Positions 1 to 17,802 of a DNA stretch of 64,000 nucleotides are shown one piece after another. The stretch is from the human T2T-CHM13v2.0 reference genome, Homo sapiens. Every line of letters starts with the position of its first letter. Position 1 is the first letter of the stretch. Under the pieces are notes generated by a model, which did not search any database, was not told the origin of the DNA, and saw nothing but the letters and a program-made list of their open reading frames with translations. The position numbers were made by a program, and so were the translations under genes. Location of the stretch: assembly GCF_009914755.1 (NCBI RefSeq), contig NC_060936.1, one strand, 5' to 3'.

Positions 1-217
1 ATTATTTTATTGGAGGCTTTATGGATGAGTTTAATTATTTTTATGAATGAGACTTTTCTTTATGATTTTTCTTACTATCATTTTTAGATTTCAGTGCCTG
101 GATTACGTTGGCTTCCTAAAATTCATTAAAATATTTTTTCCTTTTTTCCCATGTTCCATTTCTATTACTTTCTAATTACATCAAATGGAAATAAATATCC
201 CTTTAAAAATTAAAGAG

Positions 218-352
218 GGCCAGGTGCGGTGGCTCACACCTTTAATCCCAGCACTTTGGGAGGCTGAGGAGGGTGGGTTGCTTGAGCCCAGGAGTTTGAG
301 ACCAGCCTGGGCAACATACTGAGACCCTGTCTCTAAATAAATAAATAAATAA
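218..352 (+). mobile_element. Alu left monomer (FLAM-like) with (AAAT)n tail
   Basis: GGCCAGGTGCGGTGGCTCACACC...GAGACCCTGTCTCT followed directly by a TAAA repeat tail; no right arm. Confidence 0.85.
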
Positions 353-582
353 AAATTAATGAATACTAAAATTAAAGGAAAACATCATATAAAACTCTTT
401 GGGCTAAATCTTTTTTGGGGGGATGATGAATGTAACAATATTTTTATTCAGTTTGAATCTTTCCCACCTACTCATTTGTTCCAATTTTTGTTTTTATTTT
501 TTAAAAAAGTTAACCTACGGATACCATTTACTGCTTCTGTTGTTTTCATTTCTAGAAATACTTTTCTAATCTAATCCTGCTC

Positions 583-690
583 TTTTTTCTTAATTTATGT
601 GTGTTTAAACATTTAGGTTCAGGGGTACATGTGAAGGTTTGTTACATAGGCAAACTCCTGTCACACAGGTTTGTTGCACGGATTAATTAA
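583..690 (-). mobile_element. Old L1PA 3'-end fragment, antisense
   Basis: T-rich tail then TTCAGGGGTACATGTGAAGGTTTGTTACATAGG, the reverse complement of an older L1PA 3' terminus. Confidence 0.7.
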
Positions 691-691
691 T

Positions 692-1058
692 CCATGGAAT
701 ACTAGGCAGCCACAAAAAAAAGAAAGAGTTCATGTCCTTTGCAGGGACATGGATGAAGTTGGAAACCATCATTCTCAGCAAACTAACACAGGAACAGAAA
801 ACCAAACATCGTGCATTCTCACTCATAAGGGGGAGTTCAACAATGAGAACACATGGACACAGGGAGGGGAACATCACACACCAGGGCCTGTTGGAGGGTG
901 GGGAGTAAGGGGAGGGGTAGCATTAGGAGAAATACCTGATGTAGATGACGAGTTGATGGGTGCAGCAAACCACCATGGCACGTGTATACCTATGTAACCA
1001 ACCTGCACGTTCCGCACATGTACCCCAGAACTTAAAGTCTAAGATAATAAATAAATAA
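692..1058 (+). mobile_element. 5'-truncated L1PA (about L1PA7-type) 3' UTR
   Basis: CATGGAATACTA...GGACACAGGGAGGGGAACATCACACACC...GTACCCCAGAACTTAAAG plus A-rich tail; colinear with the 3' end of the full L1 at 10460-10810. Confidence 0.9.
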
Positions 1059-2034
1059 GTAGATCCAGCTCTTTTAATCTTGCCTTCATCTTATTCCACT
1101 ACCTCGTCTCAATGACCATCTCTTGCTTTAGAAGGCCTCTCTCAAATATTAGCTAGGCATCTTTTAACACCGGCTTGTTTTCTACAGGGACACTTTCTTT
1201 CCAAACTGTACCTCTTCTCAACGCTATGCTCTTCATCTTTCATGTGACCAACTCACTTCATATTTCAAAGTTCTGTTTGTTTCTCTTTCTTCAAAGGTGA
1301 GTAGAATTTCCCCACAGCCCAGGCATCGCGGGAGGGTGGCAATGGCTTCTGAGGACACTGTCTTGCTGTCCCCTCTTTACTTTCAGGGTCTTTCACTTGC
1401 CTGTCTCCCGGGAGGGCTACCCACAGCTGAATGTTTTCAGTTACCTGTTTCCTGTGAATTCACTGCCCTTTGGAATAATTTCCCTCGTTCCACTGTATAG
1501 CAGTTTTTCCTTGAAGCATGGAGTTTTAGTTGCAAACGATACAACATATGCCATGTAACGTTCATATTCCCTGCACAGGAACACCCAGAGCATGCAGTTT
1601 GCAGGGACCTGCCGGGCTCAGCCTTCCCACAGAGGTCACTGTGCGCATCCACCTGCAGGATGCTTCACTGCACAGCTGATCAGACCCAGAGTGGTGCTCG
1701 TGGAGGGGCTCTGGGTTGGGAGGCAGGTAAGGTTCTGAAAGTCCTGGCTGTGACTTACATGAGAGACCCTGTGTGTGTCGTTACACATGGTTCTGAGTTA
1801 TGGAAATCCACAGTCTTCCTGTGTGTTGTTCCCCAACCCAGGTGGAAGCCATTGTGCCTGGGGGCTTCATCACAGCTTTGCCAACAGACATGTCCCTGGA
1901 TAACCTGGAAGAGGGCAGGCATTCTGAATTCTGGGCTGCACACCTAGATGGCTAAGAATATCCAGTGAACACTTAGTGTGTAAATGAAGCTGGAGACAGG
2001 AGATTTCGGAGATACTAGTTGATCAATGCATCCT

Positions 2035-2443
2035 TGGTATAGTTGTTCCCTCTAAATCTCATGTTGAATTGTAATCCCAGTGTTGGAGGTGGGAACTGGC
2101 GGAAGGGGACTGGATCATGGGGATGGATTTCTTATGAATGGTTAGTACCATCCTCTTGGTGCCATCCTCAAAATAGTGAATGATTTCTTGAGAGATCTGG
2201 TTGTTTAAGACTGTGTGGCACCCTCCTCCTCTCTCTCTCGATTGCACTCTTGCCATGTGATGTACTGGCTTCCCATTCCCCTCCTGCCATGACTGTAGCT
2301 CCCTAGACTCCACCGGAAGCTGAGCAGATGCCAGCACCATGCTTCCTGTACAGCCTACAGAACCGTGAGCCAATTAAACCTCTTTTCTTTATAAATTATC
2401 GTCTAGGTACTTCTCTATAGCAATGCAAAAATGGCCTAACACA
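2035..2443 (+). mobile_element. MaLR solo LTR (MST-type)
   Basis: TG...CA ends; AAATCTCATGTTGAATTGTAATCCC and CAATTAAACCTCTTTTCTTTATAAATTA motifs; 5-bp TSD ATCCT at 2030-2034 and 2444-2448. Confidence 0.9.
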
Positions 2444-2861
2444 ATCCTTTAAAGAAAAACGGAGTCAGATTTTTTTAAAGGTCTTTCTCAATAGTTTAGC
2501 AAAAGATGTGGAAAGGGTTAAATGGATGTGTGTTTATAAACATTCTGGAAGAGCCAAGTAGGTTAACTGCTTTTCAATTCTGTAAAATAATTAGAAGCGC
2601 TAAGCTAATGTAGTAGAAACATATTATACATTTCTTTAATTTTTATAAACTTAACTATATGAAATCAGCTAAATTAAAGCAAAAAAAATTAAGTTAAATG
2701 GTGCAGGATTGTTGTCCTCTACCATACACTAATCTAATGGGTACATGCACTGTGCCCATTAGGAGATGAAAGATAAGGACCCACAGTGAGCTCCGTGGGT
2801 CTTCCTGCCCATGTTCCCCTACCTGGGCGAGCATCCTTGGGAGGGAATGAATGTGCAGAAG

Positions 2862-2965
2862 AGAGAAGGGGTGGAGGGAGATAAGACTGAGAAGGAAGTC
2901 AGGGTTCTGGCTTAGAGAAGGGGTGGAGGGAGATAAGACTGAGAAGGAAGTCAGGGTTCTGGCTT
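2862..2965. repeat. Perfect 52-bp tandem duplication
   Basis: AGAGAAGGGGTGGAGGGAGATAAGACTGAGAAGGAAGTCAGGGTTCTGGCTT at 2862-2913 and 2914-2965. Confidence 0.95.
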
Positions 2966-3148
2966 TCCAAAGAGGGCTCGCCCCAGAATTCCTAGTTTCT
3001 GGCTTGAGCAGAAGTTGCAAGCTGACATCTGAAGGCCAAATCCAATCTACCAACTGTTTTTGCTTGGTATGCACAAGATTTCAAACATTTTTGCAATTAC
3101 TCACAAACTCTTAACGACTGGAAGAGTTCACATAAAAATATGGATGTC

Positions 3149-3638
<490 letters not shown>

Positions 3639-4814
3639 TCACCTGGAGCTGCAGGTTTTCCTCGTCTCCACCGAGCATGTGACCCATAGTGAGGCACAGA
3701 TGGTGTTTTGTGTCAGCTGCCCTGGGTCACCCAGTTGGCCCGTCGGTCTCTCACACTTGCGCACTTCACTTATTCTCATGATCTGCCTGGTCCTCGTTAG
3801 TACCTGTGTTTTCCATCCCTGCTGTAAAGGAATCTACAGGCTTTGGTACTGGGGAGTAGCAGGAAAACTGCCAGGACCCCATGGAAGGGCGGAGGGAGAC
3901 TCCTCCCCCACAGACAGAGGTTGAGCACAGAAGGGACTGGGGCTTGTCCTCTGAAGATCTCGCGTGTTAGACAGCTCTGCAGCCTGGGGGCACAGGCTGC
4001 CCTCTTCTCAGGAGGCTCTCCCTAGGAGTCTGTCATCTTTCTGCCAAAACTCATCCCATCCTGAGATGGTGGCACAGAAATACTTGGGTCACAGGACATG
4101 CTGCCTCAGGCACGTGCGTACAGTCATTTTATGAGCTTTAGAGCTGAAAATGTCCTTGATCATTGAATCCTAAAAAATGTCTTCTAGATGACCTAGGGTC
4201 CAACCCCAGCACATCTCCCCTGCCATGACTGAATTTCTCCTAACAAGAGAGTCTCTTATCATCTAATTTAATCTGTAGCTGTATTGGAATTGCCCCAGAA
4301 AGGACGTGGATTTAAGTAGGGCACAAATCTTGCTATAATCTTTCTGAGTTTTTAAAGGGGAAGAGGAAATGCATAGAGAACAGGGTATATTCAGAACCAA
4401 AACTTTAAGTCCCAAGCTCCTAGCTTAAGGAGGTGCGGGCAGAGAGTGTCAAAAGGATGAAGAAAATCAAGGGTTAAAGCAGCAAAGGAAAAAAAAAAAA
4501 GGGCGGGGGAGCCATATATTGAGCCTATGATACGCCAGGCCCTGGGCTAGATTCAGGTGCTCTGGAGATGAGAGTCCTAGCCCCTCTCCATGGAGCTATG
4601 CAGTTATAAATCCAGATATTGAATATGTAATTGTGTCTCTATTAGTGTTACAAAAGGGGAGCAGTGGAGGCCATAGAATCCTATAATAGGTGGGTACCCC
4701 TTGTAGAGGCTGGAGGACTCAGTAAACAAAACATCCCTCCCTCCGAGCACCTTTGCTCCCAAACGTCACTGCAGGATCACTAGAACGTGATTTGCCTGTT
4801 TAAAGTAATTACCA

Positions 4815-5697
4815 GGGAGGAGGAGCCAAGATGGCCGAATAGGAACAGCTCCGGTCTACAGCTCCCAGCGAGAGCGACGCAGAAGACGGGTGATTTCTCC
4901 ATTTCCATCTGAGGTACCGGGCTCATCTCACTAGGGAGTGCCAGACAGTGGGCACAGCTCAGTGGGTGCGCGCACCGTGCACCAGCCGAAGCAGGGCGAG
5001 GCATTGCCTCACTCGGGAAGCACAAGGGGTCAGGGAGTTCCCTTTCCTAGTTAAAGAAAGGGGTGACAGACGGCACCTGGAAAATCAGGTCACTCCCACC
5101 CGAATACTGCGCTTTTCTGACGGGCTTAAAAAATGGCGCACCAGGAGATTATATCCTGCACCTGGCTCGGAGGGTCCTGGCCCACAGAGTCTCCCTGATG
5201 GCTAGCACAGCAGTCTGAGATCAAACTGCAAGGCAGCAGCGAGGTTGGGGGAGGGGCGCCCGCCATTGCCCAGGCTTGCTCAGGTAAACAAAGCAGCCGG
5301 GAAGCTCCAACTGGGTGGAGCCCACCACAGCTCAAGGAGGCCTGCCTGCCTGCCTCTGTAGGCTCCACCTCTGGGGGCAGGGCACAGACAAATAAAAAGA
5401 CAACAGTCTGACAGCTTTGAAGAGAGCAGTGGTTCTCCCAGCACGCAGCTGGAGATCTGAGATGGGCAGACTGCCTCCTCAAGTGGGTCCCTGACCCCTG
5501 ACCCCCGAGCAGCCTAACTGGGAGGCACCCCCCAGCAGGGGCACACTGACACCTCACACGGCAGGGTATTCCAACAGACCTGCAGCTGAGGGTCCTCTCA
5601 GTTAGAAGGAAAACTAACAAACAGAAAGGACATCCACACCAAAAACCCATCTGTACATCACCATCATCAAAGACCAAAAGTAGATAAAACCACAAAG
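4815..5697 (+). promoter_or_regulatory. L1 5' UTR internal sense promoter and antisense promoter region; YY1 site intact
   Basis: CAAGATGGCCG YY1 motif at 4827-4837; CpG-rich UTR partly decayed. Confidence 0.8.
5126..5266 (-). pseudogene. L1 antisense ORF0, frameshifted (46 aa)
   Basis: MAGAPPPTSLLPCSLISDCCAS matches the ORF0 N-terminus, then diverges after DSVG and stops early. Confidence 0.8.
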
Positions 5698-6714
5698 ATG
5701 GGGAAAAAACAGAACAGAAAAACTGGAAACTCTAAAAAGCAGAGCACCTCTCCTCCTCCAAAGGAACGCAGTTCCTCACCAGCAACGGAACAAAGCTGGT
5801 TGGAGAATGACTTTGACGAGCTGAGAGAAGAAGGCTTCAGACGATCAAATTACTCTGAGCTACGGGAGGACATTCAAACCAAAGGCAAAGAAGTTGAAAA
5901 CTTTGAAAAAAATTTAGAAGAATGTATAACTAGAATAACCAATACAGAGAAGTGCTTAAAGGAGCTGATGGAGCTGAAAACCAAGGCTCGAGAACTACGT
6001 GAAGAATGAAGAAGCCTCAGGAGCCGATGCGATCAACTGGAAGAAAGGGTATCAGCGATGGAAGATGAAATGAATGAAATGAAGCGAGAAGGGAAGTTTA
6101 GAGAAAAAAGAATAACAAGAAATGAGCAAAGCCTCCAAGAAATATGGGACTATGTGAAAAGACCAAATCTACGTCTGATTGGTGTACCTGAAAGTGATGG
6201 GGAGAATGGAACCAAGTTGGAAAACACTCTGCAGGATATTATCCAGGAGAACTTCCCCAATTTAGCAAGGCAGGCCAACATTCAGACTCAGGAAATACAG
6301 AGAACGCCACAAAGATACTCCTCGAGAAGAGCAACTCCAAGACACATAATTGTCAGATTCACCAAAGTTGAAATGAAGGAAAAAATGTTAAGGGCAGCCA
6401 GAGAGAAAGGTTGGGTTACCCTCAAAGGGAAGCCCATCAGACTAACAGCGGATCTCTCGGCAGAAACCCTACAAGCCAGAAGAGAGTGGGGGCCAATATT
6501 CAACATTCTTAAAGAAAAGAATTTTCAACCCAGAATTTCATATCCAGCCAAACTAAGCTTCATAAGTGAAGGAGAAATAAAATACTTTACAGACAAGCAA
6601 ATGCTGAGAAATTTTGTCACCACCAGGCCTGCCCTAAAAGAGCTCCTGAAGGAAGCGCTAAACATGGAAAGGAACAACCGGTACCAGCCGCTGCAAAATC
6701 ATGCCAAAATGTAA
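5698..6714 (+). pseudogene. L1 ORF1p (coiled-coil/RRM RNA chaperone) with premature stop at codon 104
   Basis: MGKKQNRKTGNSK...ELREE* (TGA 6007-6009), same frame continues to ...YQPLQNHAKM* at 6714. Confidence 0.95.
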
Positions 6715-6762
6715 AGACCATCGAGACTAGGAAGAAACTGCATCAACTAACGAGCAAAATAA

Positions 6763-10605
<3,843 letters not shown>

Positions 10606-10860
10606 ACAATGAGATCACATGGACACAGGAAGAGGAACATCACACTCTGGGGACTGTTGTGGGGTGGGGGGAGGGGGGAGGGATAGCATTGGGAGATACA
10701 CCTAATGCTAGATGATGAGTTAGTGGGTGCAGCACACCAGCATGGCACATGTATACATATGTAACTAACCTGCACAATGTGCACATGTACCCTAAAACTT
10801 AAAGCATAATAATAAAAGAAAAAAATAAAAATAAAAAATAAAAAAATAAAGTAATTACCA

Positions 10861-11180
<320 letters not shown>

Positions 11181-11482
11181 TAAAGTAATTGCCAAATGAA
11201 AAAGAAAATGAGAGGATTTTACATGAACATGAAGATTTTCTGAATTCCCTTGAGCACACAGGATGGGACAATGTGACCACAGTGGATGTCCATTCAGTCA
11301 CGACCGTAATTAGCAAGGACCCTGGAGCAGCTACCCCTGTAGCCAGGACAAGCCTGTCCCCAGGGAGCGGAGTCCACCCGCATTCTCCCCAGTGCCTTGC
11401 TTCTGACCTCCAGCTGCGCCTGCGTTCTGTTACCGGCCTGGCCATGACAGGTTTGAGTTTGTGACACTGGCCATCAATGTCT

Positions 11483-11497
11483 CCCCCAGGTGGCAGC
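11483..11497 (+). promoter_or_regulatory. Candidate CTCF core motif
   Basis: CCCCCAGGTGGCAGC resembles CCNCYAGRKGGCAG; motif match only. Confidence 0.3.
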
Positions 11498-13135
11498 CAC
11501 CAAAGAGGCCACAATGCTCTTCAGTCTCCACTAAAGTTCACAGGTGGGCAGACATCGCCATCCCAATCCCCACCACGGCCCGAGTCTCCAGACTCCTTTA
11601 CTAAAATAGAAATAGGATGTTCCTTATCCACTGGCCACATGCTGTAGTTCTCCTCTCTCTAAGATGCTCATGTATAAACTGCTTATATTTGGCACTTGCT
11701 GATGCTTGATTTAATATGTGTATTTTTGCAAAGTTAAGAGACGATGCGTTGATTGTTAACATCTGTCTTCCGACTCTCCTTGTCTTCTACCTGAAAGCAA
11801 TTCAGGTGTGAAAGGCGGGCAGGCTGGAGCAATTCTGATTAGGTTCGGCCAATCTAGATGGAAATAGCCCCATTTGGTTGAAGTCCAACTGCAGCTGATA
11901 AACAACCTAATAGCCATTCACGTCCAGCCACCCTCCATGATTCCATTTCTACTCCTCTTAAAGCAATCTGTGCTATCTGAGATGGCGCCCTGGCTTAGTA
12001 TTCAGCATCATAGGAGGACGTTTACTTAAGGGTGCTGGTGAAAACTGAACAATGAGTTCCAAAGCAGCAGCAAGTCTTGGGAATTTGCATGAGAAAACCA
12101 CAAGAAATGTAATTATTTTTGCTAGCAAAACTCAGAGTAGGGTTGTCTTCTTATTTAATACCATGTCATTACAAATTATAGAACTCAATTTAGGAAACGG
12201 TGATTTAGATTCTAAGCTGAAAGGAGCTAGTTGCACACCGAACATTATTGTTCATGATAAAAGAAATTTAAATTACACAAATATCATGGAGCACAGCTTA
12301 ATCACACACGTCAACACCATTCTCTCTCATCGTCTCTAACGAATGAGCCCTATCCTTTATTCAAGTCATGAGAAGAGCAGAAGTCAATATTATTAGATCG
12401 AGAATCTAGATGCAGAATAAAATTGGGGACTCCACATTGTCATAACTCACATATTAAAAGAAAAACACTCTCGGGTTGGTTCAGAAAACAAACTCTTTGT
12501 GAAACTGGGACAGAATAAAAATAAAGACGGGTACAGGGATATTCAGGAAGCAGGGGTTGCTACAGTAATATCAGAAAAACTTAAATTCAAGATCAAAATA
12601 AACGAAGACCAAGGAAGTCACGTTATGAATGTGAAGGATAAAGTGTACAAGGAAGATACAGTGAATATCACCTTGTCAGGATTTCCTTGAAGAGCATTGA
12701 AACGTATAAAGCAACAGCTGATAAGAATAGGAAAAGGAGAAATTGGCCAGAACACAAGAGAAGTTCTGAGTATTTTCAAACCTGAAACCAAGAAACCAAG
12801 AAAAAGTCCAGATATTTAACAAACTCCTTTCAGCTCTGATAGGTCATAGGAAGGAAGAACAGAATGAACAAAGGCGGGAAGGAAGGAAGCCATAGAGAAC
12901 ATGAATAAAATAAGCAATAAAGTTGAGTGAATACTTTTTTTTTTTACAAAGAACACAAAGATATTAGAGAATATGTTTTTCAGTGTCCAAAAACATTTAG
13001 AAAAATTGACCACAAGAAACATCAATAAATCTCTGAAGTAAAACTAGGATAGAATAAACTTTTGGACTGCAATGTGGTAATGTTATTTTAAAAGAATAAG
13101 GAAATAATAGCAATAAGCCAACCACTTAAAGTTTA

Positions 13136-13664
<529 letters not shown>

Positions 13665-14899
13665 CTAAGATTTAGCTTCTAAGTGAACACAACCTCAACA
13701 TTATCAAGTCCTTTGTTTTTGTGAATTTTCTGACCTTACTCTAGCTCATTTGTAAAGTGAATTTGAAATTCTAGGAAAATGGAAGCTGATGTACATGTTT
13801 GTTTTTTTAAAACAGAGAGTTCTTTAAAAAGTCTAATAATAAAAAATAATAAGCCTCCAGTTAGCCTAATCTAGGAAATATGAGCAGAAAATATACATGA
13901 TGAAAAGTAGCAATGAGAGAGGGTAAATAAACACAGATGCTCAGAAAATTTCAGGACTTATCATAAAAAACCCTGTGTTAATAAATTTGAAAATCTGGAG
14001 AAAAGAAATATTTCTAGGAAACTGTAGAACACAAAAATGCACTCTGGAAAAGACATGACTAAAATGGAAAGTAAATGTCTAACAAATTGTAACAAGCTAT
14101 CAAGGAGTCCTCGCTATGGAAAAGCACGTATAATTAGGAGGAGGAGGAGAAAGGGAAATCTCTAGCCAGCCAAAGGGAGAAGCAATTTTCCCAGCGTAAT
14201 CTACCAAAAACCCACAGCAACACACAAACATTAAGTTGGCGGTGCCGTATCACTAGCATTTTTATTAAGAACAAAAGCAGAATATCTCTAACGCCAGCAC
14301 TCAGCATTGGAAGTTATAGCGAAGACAAGAAACCCATAAAAAATAAATGAGCAACGTATGAATTTGGAAGATTAAAAAAATCATTATTTTCAGATGAAAT
14401 GATTGTCCATATATTTTTTTTAAAATGCAAGATACTCCACTGACAAGTCTGAAATAGTTTTTCCTTATTTTAAAAAAATCTAAAGAAAAAAATCACAAAA
14501 TGTTAACATTTATTCATTTTGGATGGTCAGTAAATGAGGGACGGCTACATTGTTTTTGGTAGTATGTGTGTGTAACATTTACCAAAAAAAGGTAATGAGG
14601 ATGGGAAATGAGGCCCTGGTGGTCCTGCATATAAATTAATTCACATATTCAAGAAAAATATATACATACACACACACACACCCACACTCTTTAACCTGTG
14701 CCTTACCATACAGAAAGTAGAGCGGCCCCCAAAATACCAGTGCAAAGATGTGCAAAAGAAATAAAAGTTAAAAAAATCTAAGTAAGTTTCAGCAGTATCT
14801 TGACTGAGTGGTATCATTCCAGGAATAACAAAACATTCAAACAAGTATTAATTTATCTTTCAACGCGTTAATAGGTTGAAGAAAAAACATAATCTTGAA

Positions 14900-15260
14900 C
14901 AATGTCCAAAAAATCGAGTTGAGGAAAATCAAAATTATTCCTAACTAAAAATTAAGCCCCAAGCAAAATACAAGACATAGGTATTTGTCAAGAGGAAATA
15001 AATTCATTGATATTGGGCACTGATGGTATTGCGTGTCTAGAACATTCAAAGTAACAGGAAAGTTATGGAAAATAAGATCATTCAACAAGGGCGTCAACAC
15101 AACTAAAATAAAAGCAAGAACGTGTTTATCTAAAACCATAACCAGTTATAAATGTAAGGACAGAAAGATTCCATTTTAATATTCAATAAAAATACAATAT
15201 CAATGAACGGATTTAACAAGAAATTTGTCATATCTTTTTAAGACAATGTTTAGACCTCAC
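14900..15260 (+). repeat. Donor copy of a 361-bp local duplication
   Basis: Ungapped match to 17803-18163 (offset 2903) with 8 mismatches by manual comparison. Confidence 0.95.
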
Positions 15261-15614
15261 CGAAGAACATAAAATGTTTGGGGAAAATGACCTGGATTTA
15301 TGTAAAAATGTACAATATTATAAAGATATCAATTCTCTCCTAAGGCAATCTGTATGCCCAACACTTAGTGAGTGTCAGGGATGGGGTGGGGTGGGCTCGG
15401 TCCTGCCTCCCTCCTTGTTCTACCTCCTTGGAGGCTCACACCCAGCAGGCTTCATCCTGCTTCTGCCTCCAGCCCCTCCCTCCATCCCTCACTACCCAAT
15501 GCTTGAAGTCCTGGCTTCCAGTGATCCGGATACTCCGGGACCACATTCTCAGGGACCTCAAGCAAGAGGACTCTCCAACTCATGGCTCTCAGTTCCTTCA
15601 CCCCATCTTTATCA

Positions 15615-16210
15615 TTTGGGGATGCAGAATTGGGACTCCAAGAAGGCTCCTGACCAAATCCCAGGGCCTGTGCGTACAAAGATGCCACCTCTGTGAGTGT
15701 GCGACCTTACCTGGCAAGATGGACTTCGCAAATATGAAGAAAGTTACCGAAGAGCTGAACTTAAAATAGGGCGATCCTCCAGGTTTATCCTGTGGACCCG
15801 ATGCTGTCACATGAGCCAGGAGAAGACGCCAGACAGATACGGGGAGCAGGGCTCAGCATGCTGGATTTGAAGATGGAGGGGACCCCAGGAGAAGGAATGT
15901 GGGTGACTTTTAGGAGCAGAAAGCCACCCCAGCTGATGGCCAGCCAGAGCACTGGGACCTCAGTCCCCCAACTCCAAGACACGGGATTCTTCCGCAGCTT
16001 CAGTGAGCCTGGAAGCCAGCTCTCCTCCAGAGCCCACAGCTCAGAGCCCACCCACCTGACACATATATTTCAACCTCGTGAGATGCTGAGCAGAGACCCA
16101 GCTGAGCCCACCTGGACGTCTGCCCTACAGAACTGGAGTTAATAAGCACCAGCTGTTCCAAGCTGCTACCTTGGTGGTGATTTGTTACACAACAATAGAA
16201 AACTAAGACA
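15615..16210 (+). mobile_element. MaLR solo LTR (MLT1D/E-like)
   Basis: TTTGAAGATGGAGG, GGGACCTCAGTCC, CCTACAGAACTG and GTGGTGATTTGTTACACAACAATAGAAAACTAAGACA 3' end. Confidence 0.75.
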
Positions 16211-16299
16211 CCTTCACTTTCACAGTTACATTCTGAGAATGCACCATTACACAATCCTACAACCCAAATGCGCACATTCCCATAACGTGTCATCACCAT

Positions 16300-17520
16300 C
16301 AGCTCCAGTCCCAACCTTTCTCCCTCTTCTATTTATCTCTTTCTCTTCCCCCTTAACCGACCTCTCTCTGTGTGTCTCTGACAGTGGTGTTTTCACCAAA
16401 GAAGACTCTGCTATCACTGACACCACGTGTAACATCATGTTTGAAACCGTTCATTTGCTTAAATTTGCCAGGATGGGTTATCTCGTGGACATCTAAAAAC
16501 CCAACACAATCATCTTCTAGTGTTATGCAACCTTTAAAAACTCATTTTCCCTTTAATACTCTGCCATTGTTCCATCATCTTTGGCAAACTTCTCTAAGAA
16601 TCGTCTCCAGAAGCTGTCTCCATTTCCTCGTTAGTCTTCAAAACTTTCCAATCTGGCTCTGTCTCCACCACATCATTGAAAGTATTCACCTGTGTCTCCC
16701 AGTCAAACGGACAGTGTCTATCTTCTCTTGACCGCTCAACAGCATTTGACACCATTGCTTCTTTTCGTTGTATTGATACGTGCCTCTCTCTTGAAATCTA
16801 TAATGCCACAAATTCTTGGCTTTTCTTTTACTCCACAGATCACTGCTTCCCAATCTCTTTTCCTGGGCCGTTTGTGTGATCCAACCAAGATGTGGCCCCC
16901 CTTAACCTCTCCATACTGTCTCCCTAAGAGTTCTTCCATTCTTTCACTCTTAAAACCATCTACAAGTTGTCACCTCTCAAATGTGTGTCCCTAAGCCTGA
17001 CAATTCTGCTAAACCCCAGATTTGTAAATTCAGTGCCTAGTAGACATACCCATTTGCATGTCACAGAAGTTTCTGAAATGACCACAACAAATCTTATGCA
17101 TTTATCCCGACTCCTGCGCCTTCCACTTCTTCCCGTCTCGGCGCAGAACACCATCACAGCAACGTCTGCTCAAAGCAGAAATAGTTGAGTCATTCTTGAT
17201 TTCCTCCTTTCTCCCACTTTTTCATTCAATCCATCTGTAAATCTTATTAATTTCACCTGCTAAATATCTCTGGAATCTGTCCAACTGTGTCTAAATCCAC
17301 AGTGGTCACTCTAGTCCACGCTGTCCTCATCTTGTTGGTGGACGTTGCTAAAATGCGTCACTGGTTTCCTCACATACCCCCGACCTCTGCCAAACACACA
17401 CTTCACAACTGTCAGTGAGAACTTGAAACAAACATAAATAAGACCATCCAATTTCCCTGCTTAACACCCTTCATTGGCTTCCCATTTTCCTGTGAATAAA
17501 ATCTAATGTATTCCTGCAAA
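16300..17520 (+). mobile_element. L2 LINE remnant (RT and 3' region)
   Basis: CTCTTGACCGCTCAACAGCATTTGACACCATTG corresponds to the LDLSAAFDT motif; C/T-rich sense strand typical of L2. Confidence 0.7.
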
Positions 17521-17712
17521 TAAAATAGAAGGCAGGCAGTAATGGATGCCAGTGAGGATGTGAAGAAAGATACACTGTTGGTGGGAACGTAAAGTAGTCA
17601 GTCCAGCCACTCTGGTAAATCTGCCCTCCCACATTCACTGCAGCCAACTCACAATAGGCGAAATATGGAATCAACTTAAGTGCCCAGTGAAGGATGGACG
17701 GATACAGAAAAT

Positions 17713-17715
<3 letters not shown>

Positions 17716-17777
<62 letters not shown>
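17716..17777. repeat. (AT)~31 perfect microsatellite
   Basis: Uninterrupted AT dinucleotide run of ~62 bp. Confidence 0.97.
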
Positions 17778-17780
<3 letters not shown>

Positions 17781-17802
17781 CAGGACTATTTCAGACATTG
17801 GG

